The notes below the pieces were generated by a model. The model did not search any database, had not been told where the DNA came from, and was given only the letters and a program-made list of their open reading frames with translations. A stretch of DNA of 64,000 nucleotides from a bacterium (GTDB taxonomy: Bacteria; Patescibacteriota; Minisyncoccia; UBA6257; GWB1-50-10): contig JAKANQ010000002.1 in assembly GCA_021812365.1 (NCBI GenBank), positions 16,953 through 80,952 on the forward strand, written 5' to 3'. The translations under genes and the position numbers were made by a program. This document shows positions 9,709-19,263 of the stretch, piece by piece; within the stretch, counting starts at the first letter, position 1, and every line of letters begins with the position of its first letter.

Positions 9709-10033
9709 AAATAGAAGCTCTTCTTTATGGTAGCAAACAAGAAAAGAAAAACCCCTGCAGTAAGGGGGATTTCTTCTTTTTTACACGAGATTTTAAAATT
9801 CTTCTTCTGTTTCTTCTTCGCTTGTTTCCGGCGCGCTAAACTCCTCCTCTTCTCCTTCGAGGGGGAGGGTTGGATCAAAAAGCGCGTCGCCAAGCCCCTT
9901 TTCTAATTCTTCGTCACCGCTCGTGAAAATTCCGTCGTCTTGTAATGATTGCATGCCACTAAAACGTTGTTTTGTTCGACCGTTTTATGTACAGCAGTAT
10001 ACCTTGACCCTCGTTCCTGTCAAGAAGGAAGCA

Positions 10034-10507
10034 CTACCCCAATCTTTTATTCGAGGAGGCAATAGCGATTGCTAAGGCATCCGTGGCGTCGTCGAGGAGG
10101 TGAGACACATCCATATGAAGGAGAAGCGAGACCATTTTTGCAACCTCATTTTTTTTAGAGGCCCCATTTCCAGTGACCGCAAGCTTTACCTCGTTAGGTG
10201 AGAGTTCGAAAAGAGGAATTTTGTTATGAACTACCGTTGCCACCAACACACCCCGTGCTTCCGCGACAGAAAGCGCTGTTTTTTTATTTTTTGAAAAAAA
10301 TAAACGCTCAACCCCCACCTTTTCCGGGTGAATATGCAAGAGAAGGCGTTCAAGCGATGTTCGTATCTCGTCTAAGCGCTCCCCGTCAGTTTCCTTCGGT
10401 GTTAGTTCAAGAATACCGCTTGTGATGTGGCGTAGAGAGCTGCCCGATGACTCAATTGCGCCATATCCTATTCGTGTGGTGCCGGGGTCTATCCCAAGAA
10501 CAATCAT
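10034..10507 (-). CDS. ruvC: Holliday junction resolvase RuvC
   Basis: MIVLGIDPGTTRIGYGAIE... RuvC N-terminal catalytic motif. 157 aa. Confidence 0.85.
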   Translation of the reverse strand: MIVLGIDPGTTRIGYGAIESSGSSLRHITSGILELTPKETDGERLDEIRTSLERLLLHIHPEKVGVERLFFSKNKKTALSVAEARGVLVATVVHNKIPLFELSPNEVKLAVTGNGASKKNEVAKMVSLLLHMDVSHLLDDATDALAIAIASSNKRLG

Positions 10508-10510
10508 GGA

Positions 10511-11848
10511 TTAAAAAAGTTCTGTGGTTATTTCATTCTTCGGGACCAGCGCTTGGTCAAGTGGAATGGTAAACCAAAACGTCGAACCTCTATTCAGCTC
10601 CGACTCGACGCCCATCTCTCCGCCGTGGCGGTGAACGATATTTTTTGCGATATAAAGACCAAGACCGCTTCCGTTCGGTTCCACCTGCGCCGCGTTCGAG
10701 CCGCGGTATAGTTTTTGAAAGAGATTTTTCAAATCATCTTTTGATATTCCTATGCCGGTATCCGCAACAGAGACTCGCGCAAAATGGCCACTCGCGTCCT
10801 TGTTGATTGAGACAGTCACCTTTCCATTTTCCGTGTTGTATCGAATCGCGTTATCGATCAAATTGAAAAGTACCGAACTAAGGCGGTTTTGGTCAATAGA
10901 AACATCAGGAAACTGTTCCCTGGGGGGAACGAATTCAACCGCGATATTGTATTGACTCGCAAGCGTCTTTGTCTCTTTTGTTATATTGTCTACAAAAGAA
11001 ACAAGATTTATTGGTTGGAAGGAATATCCGAATTTTCCCTCTTCGATCTTTGAGACATCAAGAAGGTCGTTCGTTATCTTAAGGGAGCGTTCAGAGACCA
11101 CAAGCGCGTCCTCAGCAATCGGTTTTATTTCCGGGCTGTTTTCTGAAAATTTAAGAATGCTCTCGATTGCCCAGTGCAGCGCGGTGAGCGGTGTTCTTAG
11201 TTGATGAGCGGCAACACTGATAAAATCAGATTTCGATTGAAGTAATCCTTTTTCTCGCGTGGTGTTATGAATAAGTTTGATGAAGCCGGTCACTTTTCCC
11301 GCCTCGTCCTTGATTTGATGCAATGTGATATGTAATTCCAACTTCGGACCATCGAAGGAAAGATCAAAAACTTGCGGCCACGCATCAAACTCCGAAAGCT
11401 GCGTCATTGAAGGCGCGAGAGAGGGGAAGAGGGTTTGCACAAAAACCCTATATCGCGGAGTTTTTACGAGCCCTGGATCAAATTGTTTTTCAACCACTTC
11501 TTCTGAGGAGATGCCGAAGATGCGCTCCGCGCCAGCATTGAATGTCAGCACTCTGAAGTTGGGGTCGTAAATAACAACTCCATCTTCAAGAAACTTGATG
11601 ATGACATCTCGTTCTTTCGTCTTAAAATCTTCCTCGGAACCGAGACGAGCTAAACGGATAAAGGAGTTAAGAAGTTCGAACACGATAACAAAAAATAGTA
11701 TAAAAAGAAGCATTCCGAGATAAAAAGGGTATTGCAACGCCACAAAAAGAAAAACCGCCGCCACGATGATGAGTGTGGTATATAAAGGAATTAATTCCCT
11801 GTTTTTCCAAAAACGAAGTATCTTTTTGATATACGGTTCTTCCGCCAT
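10511..11848 (-). CDS. Sensor histidine kinase (2 TM + PAS + HisKA + HATPase_c)
   Basis: H-box VAAHQLRTPLT. G-box GSGLGLYIAKNIVHRHGG. N-terminal TM helices. Confidence 0.8.
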   Translation of the reverse strand: MAEEPYIKKILRFWKNRELIPLYTTLIIVAAVFLFVALQYPFYLGMLLFILFFVIVFELLNSFIRLARLGSEEDFKTKERDVIIKFLEDGVVIYDPNFRVLTFNAGAERIFGISSEEVVEKQFDPGLVKTPRYRVFVQTLFPSLAPSMTQLSEFDAWPQVFDLSFDGPKLELHITLHQIKDEAGKVTGFIKLIHNTTREKGLLQSKSDFISVAAHQLRTPLTALHWAIESILKFSENSPEIKPIAEDALVVSERSLKITNDLLDVSKIEEGKFGYSFQPINLVSFVDNITKETKTLASQYNIAVEFVPPREQFPDVSIDQNRLSSVLFNLIDNAIRYNTENGKVTVSINKDASGHFARVSVADTGIGISKDDLKNLFQKLYRGSNAAQVEPNGSGLGLYIAKNIVHRHGGEMGVESELNRGSTFWFTIPLDQALVPKNEITTELF

Positions 11849-11849
11849 A

Positions 11850-14294
11850 CTACTTCATTGTACCCCATTTTTTCCCGATTTTCATTTCTGCGGTCAATGG
11901 AACAGAAAGTGGGTAAGCACCCTCCATGATTGTTTTGAGGCGGGGAGTGAGCGCCGAAACAAACTCATCGCGTATTTCAAACAGCAACTCATCGTGAATA
12001 GAGAGAAGAAGATACGCTGAATCTTTATCAGAAAGAGTGCGGAGTTCTTTTGCCGCGTGAATCATCGCGAGCTTCAAAATATCGGCGCCAAGTCCCTGCA
12101 AGGGCATATTGATTCCCGCCCGTTCAAATTCTCCTGGGGCGGCATCTTTCGGGAACCATCGTTTTCTCCCATTTTCATTTTCAACAAAACCAGTTTTTTT
12201 CATCCCTTCTTTTACGCGTTCCTGCCACGCACGAACTCCAGGAAACGCTTTAAAATATTCGGAAATGAATTTTTTGGCCTCCTCCATTGAGACGCCGCTT
12301 GTTTTACTAAAAAGACGGGGGCCCATTCCGTACACAATTCCAAAATTAAGCGTTTTTCCTATTCGGCGCTGTTTCTGGGTAACGTCGGAAAGCGGCACCT
12401 CGAACACCTTCGAGGCGGTAAGCGCGTGAATATCCTCTCCTCCCATAAACGCCGAAACAAGTGTTGGATCGTGTGACACGTGCGCAAGAAGTCGAAGCTC
12501 AAGCTGAGAATAATCAAAGGAGACCAACGTAAATCCGTTTGTGGACACAAACGCGTCTCTTAGCGGTTTTGCCCATTTTGAACCTTGAGGAATGTTTTGG
12601 AGATTTGGTTTTTCAGAAGAGAGCCTTCCTGTGCCTGTACCAGTTTGGAGATAGGTTGTGTGGATTCTTCCGTCCGAGAGCCCCGCTTCACGGAGGGGTT
12701 CTAAGAAACTCGAGTATACCTTGAACGTTTCGCGATATTGGAGAATAAGGGGAACGATAGGGTGTGCATCAAGAAGTTCATATAACACATCTTTTCCTGT
12801 TTTTCGCTGACCCGTCGCGGTCTTCTTTTTTGTTTCGGTGGCGAGTTTCAATTTTTCAAAAAGCACCTCGCTTATCTGTTGTGGAGAATTTATGTTGAAT
12901 GGGCCTCCCGCGGCGGCGTATATCTTGCGCTCTAATCCGTCCACCTCTTCTCGCATCTCCTTGCCAAGATCTTCTAATATCTTTGAATCCGTCCTAATGC
13001 CTCGCTCCTCCATTGTTACAAGAACGCGAATAAGCGGCATTTCAATGTTCATAAACACCTTCTGAAGAGAGTTCTTCTCCATTTTTTCATTGAAAATATT
13101 CGCAAGCATCTCAAGCGCTTCAGATTTTTTATTCGGATACTCTCCTATGTCAATCCCCGCGATTTGTTTTGCGAGTTCCGCAAACCCAACATCCTTCTCA
13201 TCTGGGTTTGTGAGCCATGAGGCAATATGCACATCAAAAAGAGGGTCGGAAGCCTCAATCCCCACACCCCTCCAAACCTTAAGAGTGTGTTTCCAGTCAA
13301 ACGCGACTTTTGTTTTTTCTCCCAACAACTCCTTTTTAATCGAAGAGATGTTTGTTTCATCCTCAACAACAACAAAATCATTTTTTTTGAAATGAAGGTC
13401 CAGCGCTGCGGGTTTTTCAGAATGCGGCCTTTCCGCTTCAGATTTTTTATTGGTAAGACTTTCAAACCCAAGTTCCAAAAAATAGCGCGAAAGCGCGGAA
13501 GCATCCGGTTTTTTATATGCGAGGTCATCAAGCGAAACAACAAGCGGCACCTCCAAGGAAATTGTCGCAAGTTTTTTCGAGAATAACGCGTCTTTTTCAT
13601 AAGGAAGAAATTTTTTTGCGAGCTTATGATCCTCTTTCATCGATGAATATAAGTTCTCAATCGTACCGAACTCTTTAAGCGCTTGCAATGCTGTTTTTGG
13701 ACCGACGCCGGGGACGCCCGGTATGTTGTCTGAGGGGTCGCCCACCAAACCCTTATAGTCGGTCATTTGGTCCGGATTCAGTTCGTATCGCGCGCGAACA
13801 GCATTCGCGTCGTATGTTATCGTCTCACTGATGCCTTTTTTGGGCGCACATACCACAATCTGCTTTCCTTTTACCAGTTGGAGTGTGTCCATATCGCCCG
13901 TGAGAATCGTTATATGGAGGTTCTCATCAGTACCAAATTTTGCTGCAAGTGTTCCGATGATATCATCACCTTCAAAACCGGGGAGTTCGAAGATCGGAAT
14001 ATTAAGTTTGGTAAAGAGCTCTCGAGCTTTTATAAGTTGTGATACAAGTTCGTCGGGCGCCTTCGGTCGTTGCGCCTTATATGCTTCGAACATCTCCTTT
14101 CGAAACGTGGGTTCGGGTCTATCGAAGGCCGCCGCAACATAATCGGGTTCATGCTCCTTCATGGTCTTAAGGAGTGCTCGCGTCAATCCATAGATTGCGC
14201 CGATCGGTTCTCCCTTCGGGGTGGTGAGAGGGGGAATTGCGTGGTATGAACGATGGATCAGCGCGTGCGCGTCGATTAAAAGAAGTGTCTTCAT
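11850..14294 (-). CDS. polA: DNA polymerase I
   Basis: 5'-3' exonuclease N-terminus LLLIDAHALIHRSYHA. Polymerase motifs RRIGKTLNFGIVYGMG and LLSIHDELLFE. Start set at the internal MKTLLLID, which removes the overlap with tsaE. Confidence 0.9.
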   Translation of the reverse strand: MKTLLLIDAHALIHRSYHAIPPLTTPKGEPIGAIYGLTRALLKTMKEHEPDYVAAAFDRPEPTFRKEMFEAYKAQRPKAPDELVSQLIKARELFTKLNIPIFELPGFEGDDIIGTLAAKFGTDENLHITILTGDMDTLQLVKGKQIVVCAPKKGISETITYDANAVRARYELNPDQMTDYKGLVGDPSDNIPGVPGVGPKTALQALKEFGTIENLYSSMKEDHKLAKKFLPYEKDALFSKKLATISLEVPLVVSLDDLAYKKPDASALSRYFLELGFESLTNKKSEAERPHSEKPAALDLHFKKNDFVVVEDETNISSIKKELLGEKTKVAFDWKHTLKVWRGVGIEASDPLFDVHIASWLTNPDEKDVGFAELAKQIAGIDIGEYPNKKSEALEMLANIFNEKMEKNSLQKVFMNIEMPLIRVLVTMEERGIRTDSKILEDLGKEMREEVDGLERKIYAAAGGPFNINSPQQISEVLFEKLKLATETKKKTATGQRKTGKDVLYELLDAHPIVPLILQYRETFKVYSSFLEPLREAGLSDGRIHTTYLQTGTGTGRLSSEKPNLQNIPQGSKWAKPLRDAFVSTNGFTLVSFDYSQLELRLLAHVSHDPTLVSAFMGGEDIHALTASKVFEVPLSDVTQKQRRIGKTLNFGIVYGMGPRLFSKTSGVSMEEAKKFISEYFKAFPGVRAWQERVKEGMKKTGFVENENGRKRWFPKDAAPGEFERAGINMPLQGLGADILKLAMIHAAKELRTLSDKDSAYLLLSIHDELLFEIRDEFVSALTPRLKTIMEGAYPLSVPLTAEMKIGKKWGTMK

Positions 14295-14307
14295 AATACT
14301 CTTATTA

Positions 14308-14763
14308 TTATAACCCTCGCGTGATGATTGTGCGTTCTGTTTCGTGTTTCCCGTGAGCGAGGGAGATTGCGCGCGCGCCGCGCAACATGTTTCCCTGTAT
14401 ATTCTCCGCCCACTCAATGAGGACGATGTTCGATGGTTCTTTCAGTACATTCTCAAACCCAAGCGGAGCTATATCAGTAATGTTTTTCATTCGATACGCG
14501 TCTATGTGGAATAGATTCGAGTAGGCGCCTTTTTTAACGATGTGGCGCTTCATGATGACGAAGGTTGGGCTTGTGATGTTGCGAGAAATACCCAACTCCT
14601 TCGCAAATCCCTGTGTGAACGTCGTCTTTCCCGCGCCAAGATCCCCATTCAATGTAATGATGAGCGCCCCCGTTTTCTTGGGGTGAGTGTTTGCGACTTT
14701 GGCGGCTATTGCCGCGGCAATTTGTTTTGTTTCGCTCGGAGAGTGGCTTTTGAATACGGCCAT
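14308..14763 (-). CDS. tsaE: tRNA t6A37 biosynthesis ATPase TsaE (YjeE)
   Basis: P-loop LNGDLGAGKTTFTQGFAKELGI, characteristic of TsaE. 151 aa. Confidence 0.8.
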   Translation of the reverse strand: MAVFKSHSPSETKQIAAAIAAKVANTHPKKTGALIITLNGDLGAGKTTFTQGFAKELGISRNITSPTFVIMKRHIVKKGAYSNLFHIDAYRMKNITDIAPLGFENVLKEPSNIVLIEWAENIQGNMLRGARAISLAHGKHETERTIITRGL

Positions 14764-14765
14764 AG

Positions 14766-15770
14766 TTACACAAGACCACCTTTCTTTTTCAGTCCGAGAT
14801 GCTCGTACGCAAGATCTGTTGCGGTGCGTCCCGCCGATGTGCGGTTCAAAAGCCCCAACTTCATAAGAAAGGGCTCATAGACATCCTCTATGGTGCCAGG
14901 CTCTTCATTAAGAGCCGCGCCAAGCGCTTTAAGACCGACAGGACCTCCGTTGAACGTATCAATGATCGCGAATAGAAGCTGGCGATCCGTGTTATCCAAC
15001 CCAAGAGAATCTATTTCTAAAAGTTCAAGCGTCTTGTTGACCGCTTCCGCGTTGATGACATTGTTCAAATAAACTTGCGCGTAATCGCGGGCACGTTTTA
15101 AGATGCGATTCGCAGAGCGGGGCGTGAATCTCGATGCTTCGGCGATGAGGGGGAGCGCTTCGGGGAGTATTTCCACATCAAGAAGCTTCGCTGAACGTTT
15201 TATTATCTGTTCAAGATCCTTCGGTGTGTAATAATCGAGACGAAACGTAGCGCCGAAACGCGAACGGAGCGGCGCCGAGATAAGATTCGCTTTCGTGGTT
15301 GCCGCAATGATGGTGAATGGCGGGAGGTCGAGCGAGAATGTTCGCGCGGAGGGGCCCTTACCCACGATCAAGTGCAATTTTCTGCTTTCCATCGCAGGAT
15401 AAAGAATTTCTTCAACCATTGTGTTCACCCGATGCGCCTCATCGATGAAAAGTATCTCGTTCGGCTCGAGGTTAGTGAGGAGCGCCGCGATATCTCCTGT
15501 TTTTTCAAGCGCGGGACCCGATGTTGATTTGATGTTCGCGCCCATTTCCTTTCCTACAAGATATGCAAGCGTGGTCTTTCCGAGCCCCGGCTGACCGTAA
15601 AAAAGAATATGATCACAACTTTCATTGCGGCCTTTCGCGGCATCCACAATAAGGCGAAGATTTTTCTTCACATTATCCTGTCCCACATAATCTTCCCAAC
15701 GAGAGGGGCGAAGCGAGAGGTCAAAACTTATTTCTTCCCCTTCTTCTTGTTTTTGTATGTCTGTGCTCAT
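14766..15770 (-). CDS. ruvB: Holliday junction branch-migration helicase RuvB
   Basis: AAA+ Walker A LFYGQPGLGKTTLA. RuvB-type sensor and winged-helix C-terminus. 334 aa. Confidence 0.9.
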   Translation of the reverse strand: MSTDIQKQEEGEEISFDLSLRPSRWEDYVGQDNVKKNLRLIVDAAKGRNESCDHILFYGQPGLGKTTLAYLVGKEMGANIKSTSGPALEKTGDIAALLTNLEPNEILFIDEAHRVNTMVEEILYPAMESRKLHLIVGKGPSARTFSLDLPPFTIIAATTKANLISAPLRSRFGATFRLDYYTPKDLEQIIKRSAKLLDVEILPEALPLIAEASRFTPRSANRILKRARDYAQVYLNNVINAEAVNKTLELLEIDSLGLDNTDRQLLFAIIDTFNGGPVGLKALGAALNEEPGTIEDVYEPFLMKLGLLNRTSAGRTATDLAYEHLGLKKKGGLV

Positions 15771-15865
15771 CGCGATTCTTTTTTCTTATCTCAAAATACC
15801 ACAATCCGAGGCGAACTTCTAATAGAAAATAAAAAATCCGCCCAAACAAAGGCGGAAAAAGAGGG

Positions 15866-16090
15866 TATTGACAAAGTTAGGTTTCCGTGATAGGATAAGC
15901 CCAGAAATCCCAAATTGGGTTCTGTGGGCATTCGGATTCTTTCTTAGATTTTAGGATTGTTTGGCTCCGGCTGGATAACTCCTCGGAAATATCCGTTCCT
16001 TTCTTAAACTACATTTAGGAAAGGTTTTTACAAATGCCTTTATGGGCGCCCTGCCCACAGAACCGAGTTCGGGATTTTTTAGTATCCCGT
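15866..16090 (+). ncRNA. Candidate structured small RNA with its own promoter (function unknown)
   Basis: Near-consensus -35 TTGACA, 17-nt spacer, TAGGAT -10 at about 15868-15896. A 13-bp perfect long-range helix (ggttctgtgggca at 15922-15934 pairing with tgcccacagaacc at 16051-16063) encloses about 115 nt containing several internal hairpins. Ends in a T-run (gggatttttt). Sits in a 325-bp gap between two minus-strand genes. Confidence 0.3.
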
Positions 16091-16095
16091 GCCTC

Positions 16096-17841
16096 TTAGG
16101 CATTGTGGAGCCAGTCAACTATCCCCGTCGTCCTATCCACCTCTTCCAAGCTTGTGACACCCTGAATGACTTTCAATACACCGTCTTCTTGCATTGTAAC
16201 CATTCCTCGCCTTCTTGCCAATGTGAATAACTCAGTTTCGGATGGTGTGTGGTAAATACTCTCTCGAATTTCCTCATCAACCGCAAAAAGTTCAAAAATA
16301 GAGATGCGTCCTCGATAACCGAGTCCGCCGCATTCCGCGCAACCCACATGGTCATACATTTCAAAGTTCTCGTATACTTTTTTATCCACGCGCTCCGGAA
16401 GTCCCGCAATAAATTGTTTTATCGCCTCACGGGTTGCGCCGCTTAATTCCTTTTTCTTTTTACACGCCGGACATAGGACGCGAACCAAGCGTTGTGCAAT
16501 GATAAGGTTCAATGAGGGGGCGAGTGTATTTGGTTTTGCGCCAAGATCGATGAAGCGAGGAATCGCGCCGATGGCGTCATTGGTGTGCAGTGTTGAAAAG
16601 ACGAGGTGGCCCGTGAGCGCCGCATTCACGGAAATCTCCGCGGTTTCCTTATCGCGAATTTCTCCGATGAGAATGACATTCGGGTCCTGGCGAAGGATGG
16701 AGCGAAGGCCGCTTGCGAACGTGTAATTTACATCAGGATTCACCTGCGTTTGAGAAATGCCCGCGATATGATATTCAATCGGGTCTTCAACGGTGATTAT
16801 TTTGATTTCCGGCGAGTACACTCTTTTTAAGAATGCGTAGAGAGTTGTGGTCTTACCGGAACCCGTGGGGCCAGTGGTGAGAATTAGTCCGTTCGGTTTG
16901 GCAATCTCCTTTTTTATGATAACGAGGTCGTCCGGGCGCCAACCAAGATCCTCAAGATTCACTTTGAGGGCCAGTGGATCCAAGAGACGCATCACCACCG
17001 TTTCACCGAACTCAGAAGGAATGATCGAGGTGCGAATCTCGATGTCGCGGTTATTGAGGCCGATGGTAAAACGGCCATCCTGGGGTTCGTCCATTACATT
17101 AAGTTTCAGATTGGAAAGAAGTTTGATGCGCATCACAATGGAGCGATATGCGTGCGGGGTAAATTTGGAATATACGGTATGCAGCATTCCATCAATCCGG
17201 TATCGCAATGTACCAAAATCCTCACCCGGCTCCATGTGGATATCAGAAGCTTTGAGCGCCATTGAACCACCAAGAATGATTTCCAGAATTTGTGAGACGA
17301 GCGGGCTGCTAAAATTAGCAAGCTCTTTTTCCAATATCTCAATCGTTTTTATCTTTTCGAGAAGTTCGTTGAGGCGCTCTTCGTCGATATTGACTTGTCC
17401 GCTTATTTCCTTCGTTTCATCAGGTGCGTAGCGGTAGTATCCCCATGCATGTTCAAGGCTCGCCATCGAAGAGATGACGATCTGCACATCGAATTTCTTT
17501 TTCAACTCATTAAGAAGCGCGACAGAGGCGGGAAGGTTTGGGTCGAATGCCGCCACCAGAAGCTTATTCCTTAAAAGCTGAAAAGGAACGAGTTTTGCCG
17601 CGCGCGCTTCTTCGGGTTTTATCACCGTCATCGCCTTTATTTCCGTAGGAACGGTAACAGAGATAAGGTTGAGGTAGGGGATTTTAAGTGAGGCGGCGCG
17701 GCGTTTCGCATCGCCCTCCTCCGCTTCAAGGTGTGCTTTCTTAAGCCGCTCATCAAGGTCTTTCGAATTCAGCATCAGTATAAGTTTACTCTGCGGCGGT
17801 TCATTTGAGTAGTGGAAAACGAGGTACTTGACTAATATCAA
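16096..17841 (-). CDS. pilB: Type IV pilus / type II secretion assembly ATPase (PilB/GspE family)
   Basis: Walker A LILTTGPTGSGKTTTLYAFL. Asp box and His box (LRQDPNVILIGEIRD). C-terminal tetracysteine CPACKKKK...CAECGGLGYRGR. N-terminal GSPII_E_N-like domain. Confidence 0.85.
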   Translation of the reverse strand: MILVKYLVFHYSNEPPQSKLILMLNSKDLDERLKKAHLEAEEGDAKRRAASLKIPYLNLISVTVPTEIKAMTVIKPEEARAAKLVPFQLLRNKLLVAAFDPNLPASVALLNELKKKFDVQIVISSMASLEHAWGYYRYAPDETKEISGQVNIDEERLNELLEKIKTIEILEKELANFSSPLVSQILEIILGGSMALKASDIHMEPGEDFGTLRYRIDGMLHTVYSKFTPHAYRSIVMRIKLLSNLKLNVMDEPQDGRFTIGLNNRDIEIRTSIIPSEFGETVVMRLLDPLALKVNLEDLGWRPDDLVIIKKEIAKPNGLILTTGPTGSGKTTTLYAFLKRVYSPEIKIITVEDPIEYHIAGISQTQVNPDVNYTFASGLRSILRQDPNVILIGEIRDKETAEISVNAALTGHLVFSTLHTNDAIGAIPRFIDLGAKPNTLAPSLNLIIAQRLVRVLCPACKKKKELSGATREAIKQFIAGLPERVDKKVYENFEMYDHVGCAECGGLGYRGRISIFELFAVDEEIRESIYHTPSETELFTLARRRGMVTMQEDGVLKVIQGVTSLEEVDRTTGIVDWLHNA

Positions 17842-17916
17842 TAACTGTGCTATATTTCAATTAGTAACTAAACATGCTTGTCGGATGCTCCGACAACCAA
17901 TCATATGAGGTGTGCC

Positions 17917-18348
17917 ATGAAAAGGAACCTTACCCTCGTAGTCGCTCTCGGATTCCTGCTCATGTCGTTTGGGTGTCTCGCAGTTCCAATCGATATGCCC
18001 ACCGTGAGCGTCAATACCACCGGGTTCCCCGTGATCTTCTCGCGGAATCAGGTGGTCGTCACATGCCCCACGAATCTGTCTCTTCTGAAGGTCGAGAAGC
18101 TCGACCAGTTCGGAACGACTTCGTGGGCTCTGAAGCCCGGTGAGAGTGTCGGGGTTCGCCCGAGCGGCATGTATGCCGATCAGACGATGGTCATCGTCGT
18201 CTACGGGTATAACAAAGGCTGCAAGAACGCGAAGGGAGAGGACACATTTCTCCTCGTCGGAAGGACGTCGCGGAACTACAGCTTCTACGACAACGGCAAC
18301 TCGGGGCAGATGTACACGTGGGACGTTCAGATGAGCGAACTGCGGTAG
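17917..18348 (+). CDS. Small secreted protein with signal peptide; locally GC-rich, possibly horizontally acquired
   Basis: MKRNLTLVVALGFLLMSFGCLAV signal peptide. The ORF is visibly more G+C-rich than flanking pilB and holA. Followed by a strong terminator. Confidence 0.5.
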   Translation: MKRNLTLVVALGFLLMSFGCLAVPIDMPTVSVNTTGFPVIFSRNQVVVTCPTNLSLLKVEKLDQFGTTSWALKPGESVGVRPSGMYADQTMVIVVYGYNKGCKNAKGEDTFLLVGRTSRNYSFYDNGNSGQMYTWDVQMSELR

Positions 18349-18361
18349 TCCGCACCCAATC

Positions 18362-18391
18362 CCGCGTATCCTATGGATACGCGGTTTTTTT
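18362..18391 (+). terminator. Rho-independent terminator
   Basis: ccgcgtatcc-tat-ggatacgcgg hairpin followed by a T-run. Confidence 0.7.
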
Positions 18392-18404
18392 ATATATAAT
18401 TGAA

Positions 18405-19232
18405 ATGATGGTTATCTATCTTTACGGTGCCGACTCATACAGGAGGTCTAAAAAACTCAAGGAGCTTTTGGAACAGAACAAGAAGAAGCAGCCGAACACC
18501 GACGTGTTGTTTGTTGATTTTTTGGAGGATCCGGATGCGTGGAAAAAAGCGAAAGATTTTTTGAATCAACCATCCATGTTTTCGGAATCCAAAACACTCG
18601 TGGTCTATGAGAGCGGGGAGGTGAGTGAGAGGGGCGAGAAAGAGTGGCTTAAGACGGTGAAGGAATATCTCGAAGAGAAAAAAGTATTCATCATCATTTC
18701 CGATTCATGGGATAAACCGCGGAAGGCGTTCATGTTTCTTATTGAGTTGCCCGTAAAAGCGCAGGAGTTTGCGGGATTGGAAGGGAGAACACTTGATGCC
18801 TTTTTAAGAAAGGAAGCGAGTGTGCTTGGGTTGCGCTTCGAGAGCGACGCATGGACTCATTTCGTAAAACATATCGAGTCAGCAACCGGGAAAAGTTGGG
18901 CTGGAGTCCACGAGCTCCAAAAAATAGCGCTTGCGAGATATAACGCACCGATTTCAAAAAACGATGTCGAATCGATCATTGAACACATGGCGCAAATTGA
19001 CGTATTCAATTCAGCTCGCGAGCTTATGGGGCCGGGGAAGATAGGAAAAAGAATTGCGACACTTGAACGATTATTGGCTCAAGGTGAGGATTCGGCGCGG
19101 CTTTTCAATCTTTTAGCATATAACGCGCGCGGAGCGCACGCGGTACGTCTCGCCGACCTCGATATCGCGATAAAAAGCGGACAAGCGGATTACGAGGAAG
19201 CGCTTCTTGAATTCGTTCTCGGTGGTCAATAG
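18405..19232 (+). CDS. holA: DNA polymerase III delta subunit (HolA-like)
   Basis: N-terminus MMVIYLYGADSYRRSKKLKELLEQ resembles delta-subunit starts. Overall length and C-terminal helical region are consistent. No Walker motifs, as expected for delta. Confidence 0.55.
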   Translation: MMVIYLYGADSYRRSKKLKELLEQNKKKQPNTDVLFVDFLEDPDAWKKAKDFLNQPSMFSESKTLVVYESGEVSERGEKEWLKTVKEYLEEKKVFIIISDSWDKPRKAFMFLIELPVKAQEFAGLEGRTLDAFLRKEASVLGLRFESDAWTHFVKHIESATGKSWAGVHELQKIALARYNAPISKNDVESIIEHMAQIDVFNSARELMGPGKIGKRIATLERLLAQGEDSARLFNLLAYNARGAHAVRLADLDIAIKSGQADYEEALLEFVLGGQ

Positions 19233-19237
19233 AAACA

Positions 19238-19262
19238 AAAAATCCCCAGTGGGGATTTTTTT
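19238..19262. terminator. Bidirectional rho-independent terminator
   Basis: aaaaaatccccagtggggattttttt between convergent holA and rpsT. Confidence 0.6.
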
Positions 19263-19263
19263 G

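Noticed and set aside
15900-16090. RNase P RNA in the ruvB-pilB spacer
   Set aside because: Some P4-like strings (ACAGAACC, GGCTTATC) occur, but the GGAAAGTCCGGGCTCC 5' half and overall architecture are not recognisable. Kept only as a generic sRNA candidate.
18318-18404. Upstream 29 codons of the holA ORF (MGRSDERTAVV…)
   Set aside because: Overlaps the terminator hairpin of the preceding gene. The conserved delta-subunit N-terminus begins at the internal MMVIYLYG.
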